64,000 nt of DNA from Chrysomallon squamiferum. Taxonomy: Eukaryota; Animalia; Mollusca. The first letter of the stretch is position 1. Each line of letters begins with the position of its first letter. Position numbers and translations under genes: made by a program. Location: assembly GCA_012295275.1 (NCBI GenBank), contig CM022671.1:14694001-14758000 (forward strand). The letters run 5' to 3'. Under the pieces are notes generated by a model, which was not told the DNA's origin, did not search any database, and saw only the letters and a program-made list of their open reading frames with translations. This document shows, one piece after another, positions 1 through 25,300 of this stretch.

Positions 1-993
1 ACTGTATGACTGAATTTAAACCGCATTGTTGTTGTGAGACATCCATAAAATCGCTATCTCATAAAACCATTTCATCCTAAATTCCATCTCTTATGATAAT
101 TTTTCATGTTCAAAAATGAAACATTCAGAATTTGAAACACTGTCAGTTTTTAAGTTAATTACAAAAGAAAAAAAAAGTAAATTAAATATGATGAAATAAA
201 AAGGTAAATTAATAGAGTTTCTGCAATATCTTGTTAATAGTATCATGCTATTATTGGACTGATGGATTCAATTTTTTGTAAATCATCGATGTAAAAGCCA
301 TCATCAGTGTGTCAACATTCATTATAAAACAACGAATTCATTCAATAAGCAAATTTAAATTGTACAAATCGATGCACAGATTTTGCAGACTCTGTTCATT
401 TATCTAAAAACAGGGGGGGGGAATATAACAATAATTTAAAAAAATAATAATAATAAAAAAAAATAACAAAAAATAAATAAATAAATAAAACAGCATGTAG
501 AAATCTTTAAAAAAAATTCTTTATAAGATAGCAAAAATATTTATTTTCTTTGCATTAGACATTGATTTCAAACAGGTTTCTGTGGACGTTGCAAACCTAC
601 AAACAGCGTTTTTAACAAAGGCTTCATATTCGGACACAAACACTGTAATTTCTACGTCAGAACTGCTTCCTGAACTTGTTTTCTCGTGATTTGACAGTAT
701 TGTATTTCACAGGTAAAGATTATTTCAATCATCTTTCTTTGATTTGGAAACCGTACGTGTACATGCATCTGCGATCTAAATGAGTCACCCAAGAGCTCTG
801 TGATTTCGTTTGATGCGTTTGACAAGCTGTAATCGTTGAACTGGTTATCTGATACGTTACTGTGAGATTTTGCTGGAAGCCAGTCAGTGATAACTTCAAT
901 CATTTCTTAATGAAAAAAAAAAAAAAAAAAAAAAAAATTGCTGTTTCACCAAATCCCATTTTAGTTCTTCAAGATATAATCAAGATTTAATTT

Positions 994-1024
<31 letters not shown>

Positions 1025-1561
1025 AAGGTTTGTCATAAGCAATTATTTGTTTAGAATATTAGACAATTTACAGCATCTTCTAATTTGATGAAAAAAAAAA
1101 AAGAAAGAAAGAAAAAGAGGAATTATTAATTTCTTCTTAAGCTACAACGCTATTATGTAATAGACGATAAAATTAATGTTTTGCTAGTAGTTACTGCATT
1201 TTCTGTAAAATGTAGTTACATCTGAATGAACAAATTGTTCATCAAATAAATTAAAATTTTAAATGGATTTTTTAATTACTTTTGTTTTTTTCATTTTATA
1301 GCAAAATGAAAATGAATGATCCAGATTTCTGGCCAAGGCTTAATGCATAATTAAAATCTAAAATAATTAAAAGTAATGAAAGAAACCGTATTTAACAAAT
1401 ACAAAATTACACACTTTTCAAGCCGATTGTCTGGTAATGCTAGTTTTCTAAATGATTTGGAAGCAGGAATGTAAAACATTTTAAAATTATATACCATTTG
1501 ACTCCATATACAAATTTTTGAGAAAACGACCAGAATAGCTTAACTTCAGAAGTAACTATAC

Positions 1562-1604
<43 letters not shown>

Positions 1605-2022
1605 AACTACAATAAAGAAGAAAAGAAAAGGAAAAACAAAAACATGAAAGAAATCACGAAAATGCAAATAAATGTCTTACAGACATACTTCAGATGGACC
1701 ACTAAAGGGTCTTAATTACTTAAATTGCTACTGAAACCAAATATGTTTACTCTGAGGACCTGCCAAAAACTGCCAACAACACATGTTCAATAGGAAATCG
1801 ATGTCGTAGAGAAGTGCAGGTTTGTGGTCATCAGAATGCTCCATTTAGCGATGTACGCCGTTTAGTGTCTGCATTCAGAACGTAATGCAATTTGTGTCCA
1901 TGTAAACTGAAAATATATTCACGAAGTAACACGTTAATTCTGTATTTATTAGTTCTACAATATTAAATGTTCTTTTATTTATTTATTTATTTATATATAT
2001 ATATTTTCTTATTTCAAAAAAA

Positions 2023-2053
<31 letters not shown>

Positions 2054-2750
2054 ATTACATATTTAAGCTCGGAGTTCGAATAAACTCAGAAAATATTTTA
2101 AATTTTTCTTTGCAGAAAACGTTAGAAAATTACTCTTCTGTTTAAAATTTTGTCTTGAAAGCAAATCAGAAATATTCAACACTGGTAAGACATTACTGAT
2201 TCCTTGCCTAAAACGAATGTCCGAAAATTTAAAAATTGAAAAAAAAAAATGATATTCCGAAAATAGGAAATCTGTGATGTAAATTGAAGAGAAATGGCGT
2301 AATCCAAACCAGTGATATTTACAAAGAGAAAAAAATAAAATAATACGGTGACATAATTGCAAAGACGAGATGTTTCCGCTGTAATCAGCCTTCGGTTGTT
2401 CCAGGAATTAATTTTCGAATACAATGTCTCAACTAATAAATACATTTGAGCAAACAGTAATTCTTTATTCAGAGGTTTTTTAAAAAAAAATGAAAAAAAA
2501 AATATGGAAAACGAAAAAAGAAAAGGGTTTTTTTTTTCTTCTTCTTCTTCTTCTTCTTCTTCTTCGTCTCCTTCTTTACTTTAGAAGAAAAAAAAAAAAA
2601 AAAAAAAAATATTCTGACAAATTTTTTTAAATGGTATTTTTACATCTTATAAACCAGGAATTAATGTAAGATTTTTAAAAATTTAATGTCGTTACGTGCG
2701 GATGTAGTTTTCTCTGATCAAATGAATTTCGTCATAATAAAAATAATAAC

Positions 2751-2795
<45 letters not shown>

Positions 2796-4182
2796 GATGA
2801 TGATGATGATGATGATGATAGCAGAATAAATAAATAGTTGTTTTTTTTAAAAGTAGTTCCAGTAAGGAGTCTTCCTGTGGAACTTCCAAGCTGGTAAGAA
2901 GATACTTTACACCACCGTTAGCACTTCACAGCAATGATGTTTGGCTTCTTTTTGCTTTCGTTCTTTCCAGGCATAAAGTAGTCAGCCTTAAATGGAAGTT
3001 CATTTTGTTTTCATCTACACAGTTCTCAGTGTGGTCAAAGAACTAATTCTGATGACTTTATTCACAGAAAACATTTAATCCTTCGAACAGTGACATTAAT
3101 TATTTAGAAAGCAATTAACGAAATGAGCACTGTTTTTCGTGTTGCTGAAATACGAGTTAATGATTTCCTTCAGCGTCTTTGTGTGCCGAATTATCTTAAT
3201 TGTGAAAAGATGTAAACAAAGAAGACCTAGGCGACACACGAAACCTGATGTAGAAGAAGAAAAAATTAACGAATAACGAAGTATAACAACGAAAGAGTAC
3301 ATTTAAAAAAATGTTAAGATATGCATTTTTTTGCAGTAATGACGTCGTTACTCCAGAACAGACAAGTTTCCTTTCATGTTTCTTCCAGCGACAAACAAAA
3401 AGATAATAAAAAAAATAAAATTAAAAAATAAAAATTTAAAAAATCCTTCCGGGTCTGTGGAACTAAAATGGTCAGACTCAAATGTTCTGCAACAGTAATG
3501 TCAAACTTTATTATTAATCACATTAGGTCGCCTAAAACAATAACGTAATAACTTGAAAATATAAATAAGCTCTCTTTTTTTTTTTTTTTTTTTTTTAGAC
3601 ATATTTCGCTGTCGATGAATATTATGAAGACAATAACGATATTACGCCATGCCCTGTTATTTCATTTTTAAATGTTACTGGTCTAAAAACATGTTTGTTT
3701 ACCCAAAACTCTAGATACAGCAGCCCATTTAACACATTTTAGTGACTTATTTTCTGGTACTGCTAACTCTCCTTTTGATTCATGAAAGCATAATGTTACA
3801 CTCATTAGGTCCAACCCAGCTGTAAATCTACAAAATCCATTGTCAGTGGCGACGTATTTTGGTTGAATGATACTAAAAAGAAAACACACAGCTAGTTTAC
3901 ACGCTTGCCGTATATCGTTTCTAACAATTATTTGAAATGGAAAACGAGTCTCCAATGTTCTCTTCTTTCTGACTAACCTGTCTGCAAAGGGAAACCAATA
4001 ATTACACTTAAAGACGATGAATGGTTACAAAAATAAATAGAGTATTTTCTGTTTCGGCGAATGCGATCTGAACTAAAATGGGACCTGTTTGTTTAACTTC
4101 ATAACGACATTAGTAATAATAAAAAAATAAAAAAAAAAAAATATAATAATAAAAATAAAACAAATAATAAATAATAAATAAA

Positions 4183-4229
<47 letters not shown>

Positions 4230-5228
4230 AACTTGCATCTTTAACCAGAAAGACTTTTCTGTTAAAGATTTCCGTCTGCTCTTAAATGTGGCCGAATTCA
4301 AAACCTAATCGGATAATAACATATTTAGATTTATTATTCATAACTGTATTAGAAAATTATTTTTATTTACGAATGTCTTTTCATTTTTTTTTTTTTAACT
4401 GTATTTATTTATTACTTGTATTGTTAAAGTAAAGAAATACCTTTGATTAGTTCTTAGTATAACTGTCGCTATTGTTTTTGTTACCAGGATGAAAAAATAC
4501 ATTAGAAGTGACGTTTTAAAAAATTTTTAAATAAATAAATAAATAAATGTATTAATTAATTAATTAATTAGTAGAAGAAAAAAGTAGAAGAAGAGGAAAG
4601 ATGATACTTAGATTGAAGATAAATCTTATTCCATATTTCAATCAATTTTTATCTCGGATTCTCGTTGTTTCAGAGCATCTTCCAAAATATGTTATAATGT
4701 ATTTCTTATAAGATCCCTTCAACACAGTTTCACATTATCAAACTTATTGTCACATAATCAGATTGTCCAATGTGATACGTGATCGATATAATTGTCAGGT
4801 ATTACATCGAAAACAGTTGTAAAGAGAAGAGGACACAATGAGTCAGGTAACAGGTATAACGTCATGTAAGAATTGAACTGTTAAAGTCACTCTCTGGTGC
4901 TAAGTACAGTAAAGAGTTAACTTTGTTATTTACCAGTCCCTTTGCGTTAAAATGACAGACTTTTCAGTAGAATAATGATGCTTCGAAATTTATTTTAAAA
5001 TGTGCGACAAAGGAAATTTAATTTAGGAGCCTCATAATGAGAGCCACTGACAGAAAGAAGATCAGTTTTTATTTAATGTCTTATATACGAAAACGTGTCT
5101 TTCATTTTGTTTTACCTATTGTTGTTCGGTGTGTGTGTGTGTGTGTGTGTTACTCACATTTTTCGGGTTTTATATAATTTATACAAATCAGTATTTATTT
5201 TTCAGACTGGCTGAATAAAACGTTTGAC

Positions 5229-11344
<6,116 letters not shown>

Positions 11345-12556
11345 ATTATTTAACATTGAAAAGATGTATAAAATGTACACTAAAAGTGCTGAAAATGTAC
11401 TAACATACTCTGAAGAGCTGATTTTTCTAACTGTTTAATTTAAATGAATTATCATCATCATCATCATCATCATCATCATTATTATTATTATTGCATTGTT
11501 TCTGTTGATTTTCTAAATATAATTACTTTTATTCTGAATATTTTGAACCTTTATTCGCGATTGTATTCGCTATGATACTTAATGTAGAACACTTGAATAG
11601 TATTTAATGCATTTTAGATTACCCCCCAGGAATAATGATAGACGCTCGAAAAGGTATAAAAAGAACATAGTATGTCATGCTTTTGACTAATGTGAAAAAA
11701 AAAAAAATATATATAATAATAATAAATTGGCCAGTTTATTATATAATCGCTACATACAATTCGGAGACTTGGATATAGCACAGGCAGGCTTTTCATAGGC
11801 TATATTAAAGTGACTTGTTAACAAATTTGAGCGTAAAAAAAAAGAGAGAGAGAGAAAAAAGTTTATTTATTTTATTTTAATTTTATTTCGTTATCAAATT
11901 CTTCTTATGTATATCCGCCTTATAACAGAAATCTGAAAGGAGTTACGTTCAGATTCATTATCAGGTAACCGCGACTTATGCGTGTAATAAGGTTAAACAG
12001 ATGTAAGTGATGCATTTTTTTTTATCAAAAGAAAACAAGATTACACCTTTTAAATTCGTTCCTGGAATATAAAATTTAAAACATTAAAAACGAATAATGT
12101 AAAACATATGGCTACTATTACTACCGATTTCGCATGTTTAGTCTCGCAGATTTATAACCTATTTATTTTTTTATTTTTTTATATTAAAATGCGGGAGCAA
12201 CCTAATTATCTGTCACGGACTTGAAGATTAGAAACGTTAATGATCTAGTTTTTCTTATTACTTTATGGATTTGCAATGAATAAGAAAATCATCTGACGAC
12301 CATGTCTTTGTCATTGCTTTACTTACGTGATATTTTATTCTTATTAAGCTTATTAACCATATTATAATTAGGAATGTTATTTTTAAAGACAATGTTCAGC
12401 CTCGAAAATTAGTCGAGTTTGTGGCTAAAAAAACAACAACATACAAATAAATATGTCTGAAAAAGCTCGTTATATATATTTCTTATAAACTATTGTTGCT
12501 TATTCTACAGTTGGTGAAAATGTTTTGATCATAGATTTTATTACTACTATTATTAT

Positions 12557-12613
<57 letters not shown>

Positions 12614-15600
12614 TTTTTTCTTCTTTTTTTCTGGTTGTATCATATTAAGAGTTTCTTTCCCCCCCACCCAGATAATTATTTGCTGTATGATTAATTAATG
12701 ATTATAAAATGGAAAAATTATTTCCTTCCACTACAGCATTCGGTAAGGATATATTTCCTTTATTTCAGGTTTTGTTTTTGGATGTGATTTTTGTGACTTC
12801 AATATTTTATTGCATTCCACTTCTTCATCTTATTGCTAGTACTGATATAAACAAATGTTATACAAGTACTGAACCAGTTGACCAGACTCAAAAAATAAAA
12901 TAAAATAAAAAATATATAATTATATTATGGTTTCCCTTGCAAATGCATTGAAGGATGCCCGTTCCTGTGAATCTTGTTTTCAAGTTGAGAACTTGTCATA
13001 GTAAGTTATTATTATACACCTGTACAGGTATACTGATAACTGTTAAATAAAATGATGTTCTTTATTTTTATTCCATATATTACATCTGGTACTGTAAGAA
13101 TTTTGAGTATTAATTTGTTTCATTCTTTATTTTTTAATATTTAGCATTAATCTACAAATACAGACCAACTCAGGCCCAAAGATTGCCGTATAAATGGTTC
13201 GGTATCTGAAATTTGTTTATTTCCTAACTATTTTATCAGTTGTATTTTTGTTTTGTTTTTGTTGTTTGTTTTTGGTGAAAATTATGGAACACCAAGCATT
13301 AAAAACCTGGGAGTACATTATGAAGTACTTATATAAGTTAAGATTTTTTGTGCAACTTTTTTCCCTACTGAAAACGTCATGAAAAGGAGAATTATTAACT
13401 CTTGGCATCCTAACAAATTTAGTTCATTATTAGCATAAACTGTGGTGTTTTTAGAATAGATGTTGTTTTTTATGTATTACTTTTTATGTAAAAAAAATGT
13501 TTATTGTTAAAAATAATGTGCATTATGTTTTATGCAGTGCCTAAGTCATTGAAGCAATTGTTTGATGCTTTTGAGAACTCATTATTATTATTATTTGTGT
13601 GCAAGTAACATTTATTTTTTTCAGAATTGAATCTTGTTACAAGGCTGCAATAAAATGTCATTAAAAATAAATTTTTCTTTTTATAATTTTCATAATTTCG
13701 GCTATATTTTACATTATTTAACAAGTGATTTCATAAAGGTTTAAATAAAAAAAAAAAAAAAAAAAAAAATGGCATCCTATTATCTCCATGTCATCATCAT
13801 GAAAATCAAGGTGTTCTTGCCACAAGTTTTAGGAATATAAAGTGTATTAATAAGTTGAAATAAAGTATTTGTTCTGCAACTGAAGTAGTAACATACGAAA
13901 CGGCTAGTTTTGTTTTATTTCTAAATGTGGTTTACAAAGTTGCTGGTAGTACCAAACACTGATAAATATTGCTGACAAATTTGCCATTTTCAACTGTGAT
14001 CATCTTCCTTCCAGTCAAAATCAGTTCTGTGATGTGTATGTAAATAAAGTGCTTTCTTTGCTCCTTTAATGTTCTTTGAAAGATTAGTTTGTCGCATTTG
14101 ATGAAAAAAGCTCCCCAAAAGACATCAATCAGCATTTTAAAGTTGTGTGTTGAGAATAGAGAAGTTTTGCTTGTCCATTTCTTTATGGAAAAGTAATTCA
14201 AGGAATAATTTCTGATCAGTTCAAATATATCTCATAAACAGCTCTGTTAACTTCAATACAGCTCTTACAGAACAGCTACTACAGACTGAATCAATCACAA
14301 CAAAATAAAAATGTCTCACGAAATTTCAAGACAGCAAGGCTGAGAAATTCACATCTGTTGAAATGCATAATTTTTTTTTACCAAATTATTAATTTCATTT
14401 ATTCATCTGAATACTAGAGATTGTGTTAGAATTCATATAAAAAAGCTCCTAAAATCTGTGTATTTTGACTCCAGATTTTATACTTGATACAACCTTTTAA
14501 AAAAAACTAAAATAAAAAAAAAATGAATAAATCCACAACTGTAAATAATGGCCTTATTTCAGGTGCCCATCAAGTAGTATGCTTCAAGTTTTGGCATACT
14601 TTTCTGTTGAGAAATTTCTCTTCTCTATGTTACTTAAAATGGCTATTTTGAACTAAATATGATCCTGAAAAAATATAATGAATTTTGGAGTTGTTTTTTC
14701 TCTTCTTCAAAATGTAATTAAGATAAAGTCTTAAAAAAATGTTTTGGTAATTTTTATTATCAATATCTTCCAACTGGTCCCATTTTTATTAATTTGTTAT
14801 AAGACCTCCTACTATAGATTGCAATTTTTCAAGAAAGTACTAGTAATGACAGGTTCATTATAAAATATATAATCATGGAATTAGCCATTTTTATTTTTTT
14901 AATTTCTTATTTCTTTCACTTTTCTCCATCAATATAAAAAATGTAAAACATAACAAAATATACATTATATATATATAAAAAAAAAAAAAAAACTACATTT
15001 ATTTTCATTTTTAATAACTACAAAATATAATGGACATTAAAAAGAGATGTAAATGACTGCTTGACAAAAATGTAACTTTTTAAAACAGCTAATTTTGAAA
15101 TCAAACCTACTTCAACAGGTAAAAGTACAGTTCTGCTTTTGATACATGTGTACTATGATAGTTGCTGTTTTGTCTTACACTCTACATCTGTTTCCACAGT
15201 TTACACCAAGTACATCTTAGAATAGAGAATTTAAAAATATTTTAAAATGTATTACAAATAATTAAAAGTTATTTAAAAAGTATGGTCATTTATGAACAAT
15301 CCACTTAGGAACTACAAGCTTTTTTACATTGTACTCAATACTTTAATAAATTTCTGAATGTTATTATTGTTGTTATTATTTTTTTTTAATTTAAAGGAAC
15401 CAGAATTCTGAATACAGACAAACCATTATACAACTTAACAAAATGCTTTTTGTCTGCACATTCATCATACTGGTCATACTAAACAGATGGTCAAACGTCT
15501 CCATCACATGCATTAAGACTATGTACAAAACATTTTACAATATTTTGATATGAACATGCTGATTGAAAGATGAAATCTATGACAAAAGTAGAATGAACAA

Positions 15601-16099
15601 AATAAGTGTTAAATATTTAACATTTTGCAGATTTCCTCTTTTACTTCAATTTCTATCCCCCCCCCATCCCACAAAATTTCACCTAATATAAATATGTAAA
15701 TACAATCGTTCAACAAACAGAATTACTTCAATGATAGTCACCATAAACAGCAAGGACAACACAAAATATGTTATAAATTTCAAGTAGATTATTAACAAGA
15801 TTAATTTTGTTTCAAATATTTTGCCTAGTTTGTATCAATATTCCAAAACTGTCACCTTTCGTAACTTATTTACAGTAAACTGGTCAGTGTCATCTGACTA
15901 GACACATCACCTTGAAATATTCATTATATATATAAATATGTACACACAAATGTTTTCCACAGTACGTCCATCATTCTACTTTCTTTGCGTTATGTTAAGT
16001 TAATCAGTCGGATTATATTCTGCAGTTCAGAATGCCATGTTCCATCCAGTGTTATCAGCACTGTTCAGGAGGCGAAATATTTACATGTTTCATACACGA

Positions 16100-20985
<4,886 letters not shown>

Positions 20986-21095
20986 CACGGATTTTTAATG
21001 TCCCTTTTGTTATCCGTTTTGGCCGATTTTTTACTAATCTGACTCCGATGATGGCAGATATTCAACACCACTCAGAATCCACCACTATTCTGAGG

Positions 21096-21106
21096 AAAAT
21101 GGCGGC
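21096..21106. promoter_or_regulatory. YY1-type promoter motif near the PP1 transcription start
   Basis: AAAATGGCGGC matches the YY1 consensus; lies in a locally CpG-rich patch 111 nt upstream of the PP1 ATG. Confidence 0.55.
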
Positions 21107-22061
21107 CGTTACGAAGGGCGGATGAATCTATTAGTGGTATCAACTGTAAAGTGGTCGCGGTCCTATTTAACCCGCTCCTGACGCCACTGACCCATGAAAA
21201 CAAAACCTGTCATCGATGTAAGGCATTTTAAGCAATGCTTGATTTTAAAATTTTATTTTATTTCTTTTTCAAAAACTTCACTTTATTAATTCAACTTCTA
21301 TGTGTAATTACTCCCTATAACCCATTCAAGAACAATTACACCGTTTTAATCAATTTTAACTCAATAATAATAATAATATGAAATGCATTTTAATAAAAAA
21401 TATATATAATATAGTATTATTAAATGTTTCATTCCCTAAGTTTGTGTGCAAATTATTTTTAAATGTTCTTAATATTAAAACAGGTAAATATATTGCATAA
21501 AATGATAAAGCAAACATTCAAAATAACTAGCTCTATTAATTCTCTATGAATTATGATTCAGTGATTTGATTTCTTGTTTCTTGAATTATCCTATGTTAGC
21601 TTAATATAGTATGTAATTATAAATGTTTGCAGTGTACGGACATTTGTAAATTAACTATTTAAATTTATTTAAAGAAGAAGAAGAAGAACTGCATTTATAT
21701 TACCGAATCTAAGAAATGGGGTAAAGAAAATTCTCCCTACAAATATTATTTAGAAAGGGGGTAAATGAACATAATATTATTAGAGTTGCTTGGGAAAATG
21801 TTATCCCTTTAAAATGCTTTAACAACACTTCTTCATTTATTTTCATATATATTAAATGCCGTTTGCATTTAACTGATTGCTTTTTATGTAATTAAAGCCT
21901 GTATAATATATCAATTTTTATTTCTGTTGTTAAATATTAATATTTAATATCCGGAACTATTTTCCCTGAAGTATCTTTTAAATCGAAAACAAAAATAATA
22001 ATAAATAAATAGATAATAAAATATGATTTGATGTAATAAAATTTAAATATATTAAAATTAA

Positions 22062-22121
<60 letters not shown>

Positions 22122-22178
22122 TATAAAGTCAATGGAGAAAGTCCTAAAAGAAATGGGCTAGCTAAGGAAGTAGTAATT

Positions 22179-22208
22179 ACATGGAATTATGGGAACGTAA
22201 AATGGCCT
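22179..22208. promoter_or_regulatory. ZNF143/Staf-like motif plus adjacent YY1-like core upstream of the ankyrin gene
   Basis: Minus strand reads TACGTTCCCATAATTCCATG, similar to the Staf site TTCCCAnAATGCA; followed on the plus strand by AAAATGGCC; about 130-150 nt upstream of the proposed ATG. Confidence 0.4.
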
Positions 22209-22335
22209 CCTATTTCTATGTGCAAGTTAATGAATAAAATGCCTGATTAAAAAAAGAAAGAAAAAGAAAAATGAGAGAAAGAGTGAAGTGCTAACTTTTT
22301 AAATGTAGTTTTGATTTAAGTTAAATTTAACGTTA

Positions 22336-25300
22336 ATGGATATTAACATGTCCCGGGATATATCCACTAATTTGTGGAAATGTAAGCGAGGATGGTCATA
22401 AAGCGGAAAGGTTCGTTGTGCTGTCAAGTGATTTGTTTATGTAGTAACGCACATTCCGGTACTTGTGTGGAGTAACAGATTTATAAATAACAGTTTTGTA
22501 GACAATAAAATATAAATTATTAAAAATAAAAAATTAACAAGAAAAATATTAAGCATAAATTCTGTAAATCAAACTTCATAATTTTGGAACTGACATGTCA
22601 AAGCATGTTTACGAGCAATATCTGAATTTCTGGAAACAGGATTCAGTAAAAAATTAGACTAGTTGCGGTTATTTTATCAGATTCTGTTTCTTTTTGTTTC
22701 ATTTTGATATAGCACAGTGATTTTCAATCTTTAAAATTCTGGCATACTGAATAAATTGTCAAAGCAACATGTTTTTAAGATGAGATTTTATGCACAATAA
22801 CAGTTAAAATTGTGTTTAAAAGTTAAGCAACAAAATTTAAAAAACAGTGTAACTGACTATTGTTAGGATAAACTGCTTTATGATTAAAAGCAATGTTATT
22901 GTGCCTAAAGTGTAATTGGTTGTAGGATCAGTCCTCCTCATTGTGCCAGTTTTGGGTTGCCTGTTCTAACAAAGGGCATATATCCAATATGGAATTACTT
23001 TTTTTTTCTTCTTTTTTTTTCTATATATAATAAAACTGTTACTCTTTAATAAAAGGATAGATATAAAATAAAACTTGAACATTTTTGGAGTAATCTTTTT
23101 TATTTTTTTTTTTGTGTGTATGGGTGTGTTAGTTGTGTGTGCATGTTTGCATATATGTAAACAGTTTATAGTAATTTTTTAAATAATTTTTTATCATTAC
23201 TATTATTTATTTTTTTCAGACTTCCAAAAAGCAGCAGCCTTTATTCATGAGTTTCTGCTGAAACTCAGTGAAGATGGTGAGTGTGCTGAGCTGCGGGATA
23301 CACTCAACTTGGCCCTGCTGCACATGCAGAAGTATTATCGCATTCTTCAGTCTCGTTCTCATGAAAAAAATTCACAGGCTACATTGCAGTTTGCAAGAGG
23401 ATTAAGTCCCTTGACACCTTTTGTTGATACTCCAGATAAATTTCAGTGGAATTGGATAAATTTGGATTTACTTGGACGACTTGCCTCCAATCTGAGCGCA
23501 GCTGACAGTATCAACTTTGTCACCTTACCCTCTGTGATAGAAGCAGCAAAAAATGGCAGAATTGAAGAACTTGAAAATCTGATTGCACAAGGTATATATT
23601 ATGTACTGTTTAAATCAAGAATATTAATATAAAGCATTAACATCCTTTTGCAATAACAATTTTTAATGTTCATGATTGTTTGATTAACAAGATCGGTTGA
23701 TGTACCTATGTTATAATATTTGGTGCTATTTGGTATGTGATCTGTGCGTCACGAAATTATTTCGGGCTATGATCTACAACTTAAAGGGCAATCTACTACA
23801 AAAAACAGTCTAGGAAATTATTTATTCAAAAAGTTATTATCAAAATTTTGTGGTTGAATGTATTAGCATAATTAATTTTGAAAATAATCAGGAGAGTTCA
23901 CAATATTTATTTAATTAATTACTATGTATCAATGCTTATTTCTGTTGCCTACAGATGAGGAAGAACGCTGAAGATTTCTTTCTTGTGTTTCTAGCAGATG
24001 TTTGCTCAATTCATCAGTAAAATTATTCTTTAGCCCTTGATTCTATAAATTATAAATCTATAATAAAAGGAAAATTGTTTCGTTTATGCCATGAAAAATA
24101 ATAATTAAAAAAAAAAAAAATAATAATAATAATTAAAATAAGCGCTTAGATCACACACCAAATATTTAATGCATGAATTAACTTTGATGATAAGAAAAAA
24201 TAGTCTAAAAGTAATTTGTCTGCTTTGAGATAATTCTTTATTTGTTTTTGTTGATTAATAAAATAGTATTCAGTTAAAATATAGAGTTAACAACAAAAAC
24301 ATTGTGATGAAACAGGAATTTTTCTGTCTAAACATGTGATTATATTTTTAAACATTGCAACTTTAGGTTATTAAATTGTTGGCTATCACAGTACACTTTA
24401 GTTAGGAGCCCGAAAATAAAATTAAACGCCTTTGTAGAAACTGAATGAGATCATTTAACAAAACTAACCTAAAGATAGTTTGATTAAAACAAATCAGAAA
24501 CAGTCGTTTATTTGGGGTTTTTTGTTTACATTACATATTATTATTTAACATGAAATATATTTTATTTACAGAATTTCATATGTGATGTCTCCAAGATATT
24601 AATATTTTAAAAATTATTTTTCTTTCAGATCCATCCTGTGTGAATATCAGTGATGGCATTGGTCGTACAGCTGTAACATATTCTGTTCATTTCACCCAAG
24701 ATGAAGCTCTAAATGTTCTCCTTGAAAGTAACGCTGATGTTAACATTACAGCTCATGGTTAGTAATACTTGCTTTCTATCAAGATACTATTGCAGTGAAT
24801 TTTTAATTTGAAGGACCATGTATAAGTTTCTTTACAAAGGGACAATATTGATTCCAATAAAGAATGTTTAGAATGTTTGACATATCTGGATCAGTAAGTA
24901 AAGAAGCCTGCGGGCATATCTCCTGTGTATAGTACTAGTATACTACTAGTCTGATTTTGACATCACTGATATTCATTTGGCATTTTGAGCTGAAAATTAA
25001 TTAATCAAACAAACCACTAAACAACAAACAGACACACACACACAAACATACAGATGCATACAGTTAGTAATTTGTTACAGAAATATTTAATTACATATAT
25101 ATATATATATCTTTTCTAAATGTAGATGGGTCAACAGCCCTGCACAGAGCCTGTCATGATGCCAATCATGTTGCATTGAGTCTTCTCCTAGACTATGGAG
25201 GGGACTTCACTATTCAAGACACAAATGGTCGGGCACCAATTCACTGGGCAGTCACTACACCAAGTCATGAATGTCTTAATGTAAGTTTTTAATGTTTCAT

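Noticed and set aside
21048-21125. Short plus-strand ORF starting ATGATGGCAGAT, mirroring the PP1 start
   Set aside because: Only 25 codons; explained by the inverted repeat and the YY1 motif.
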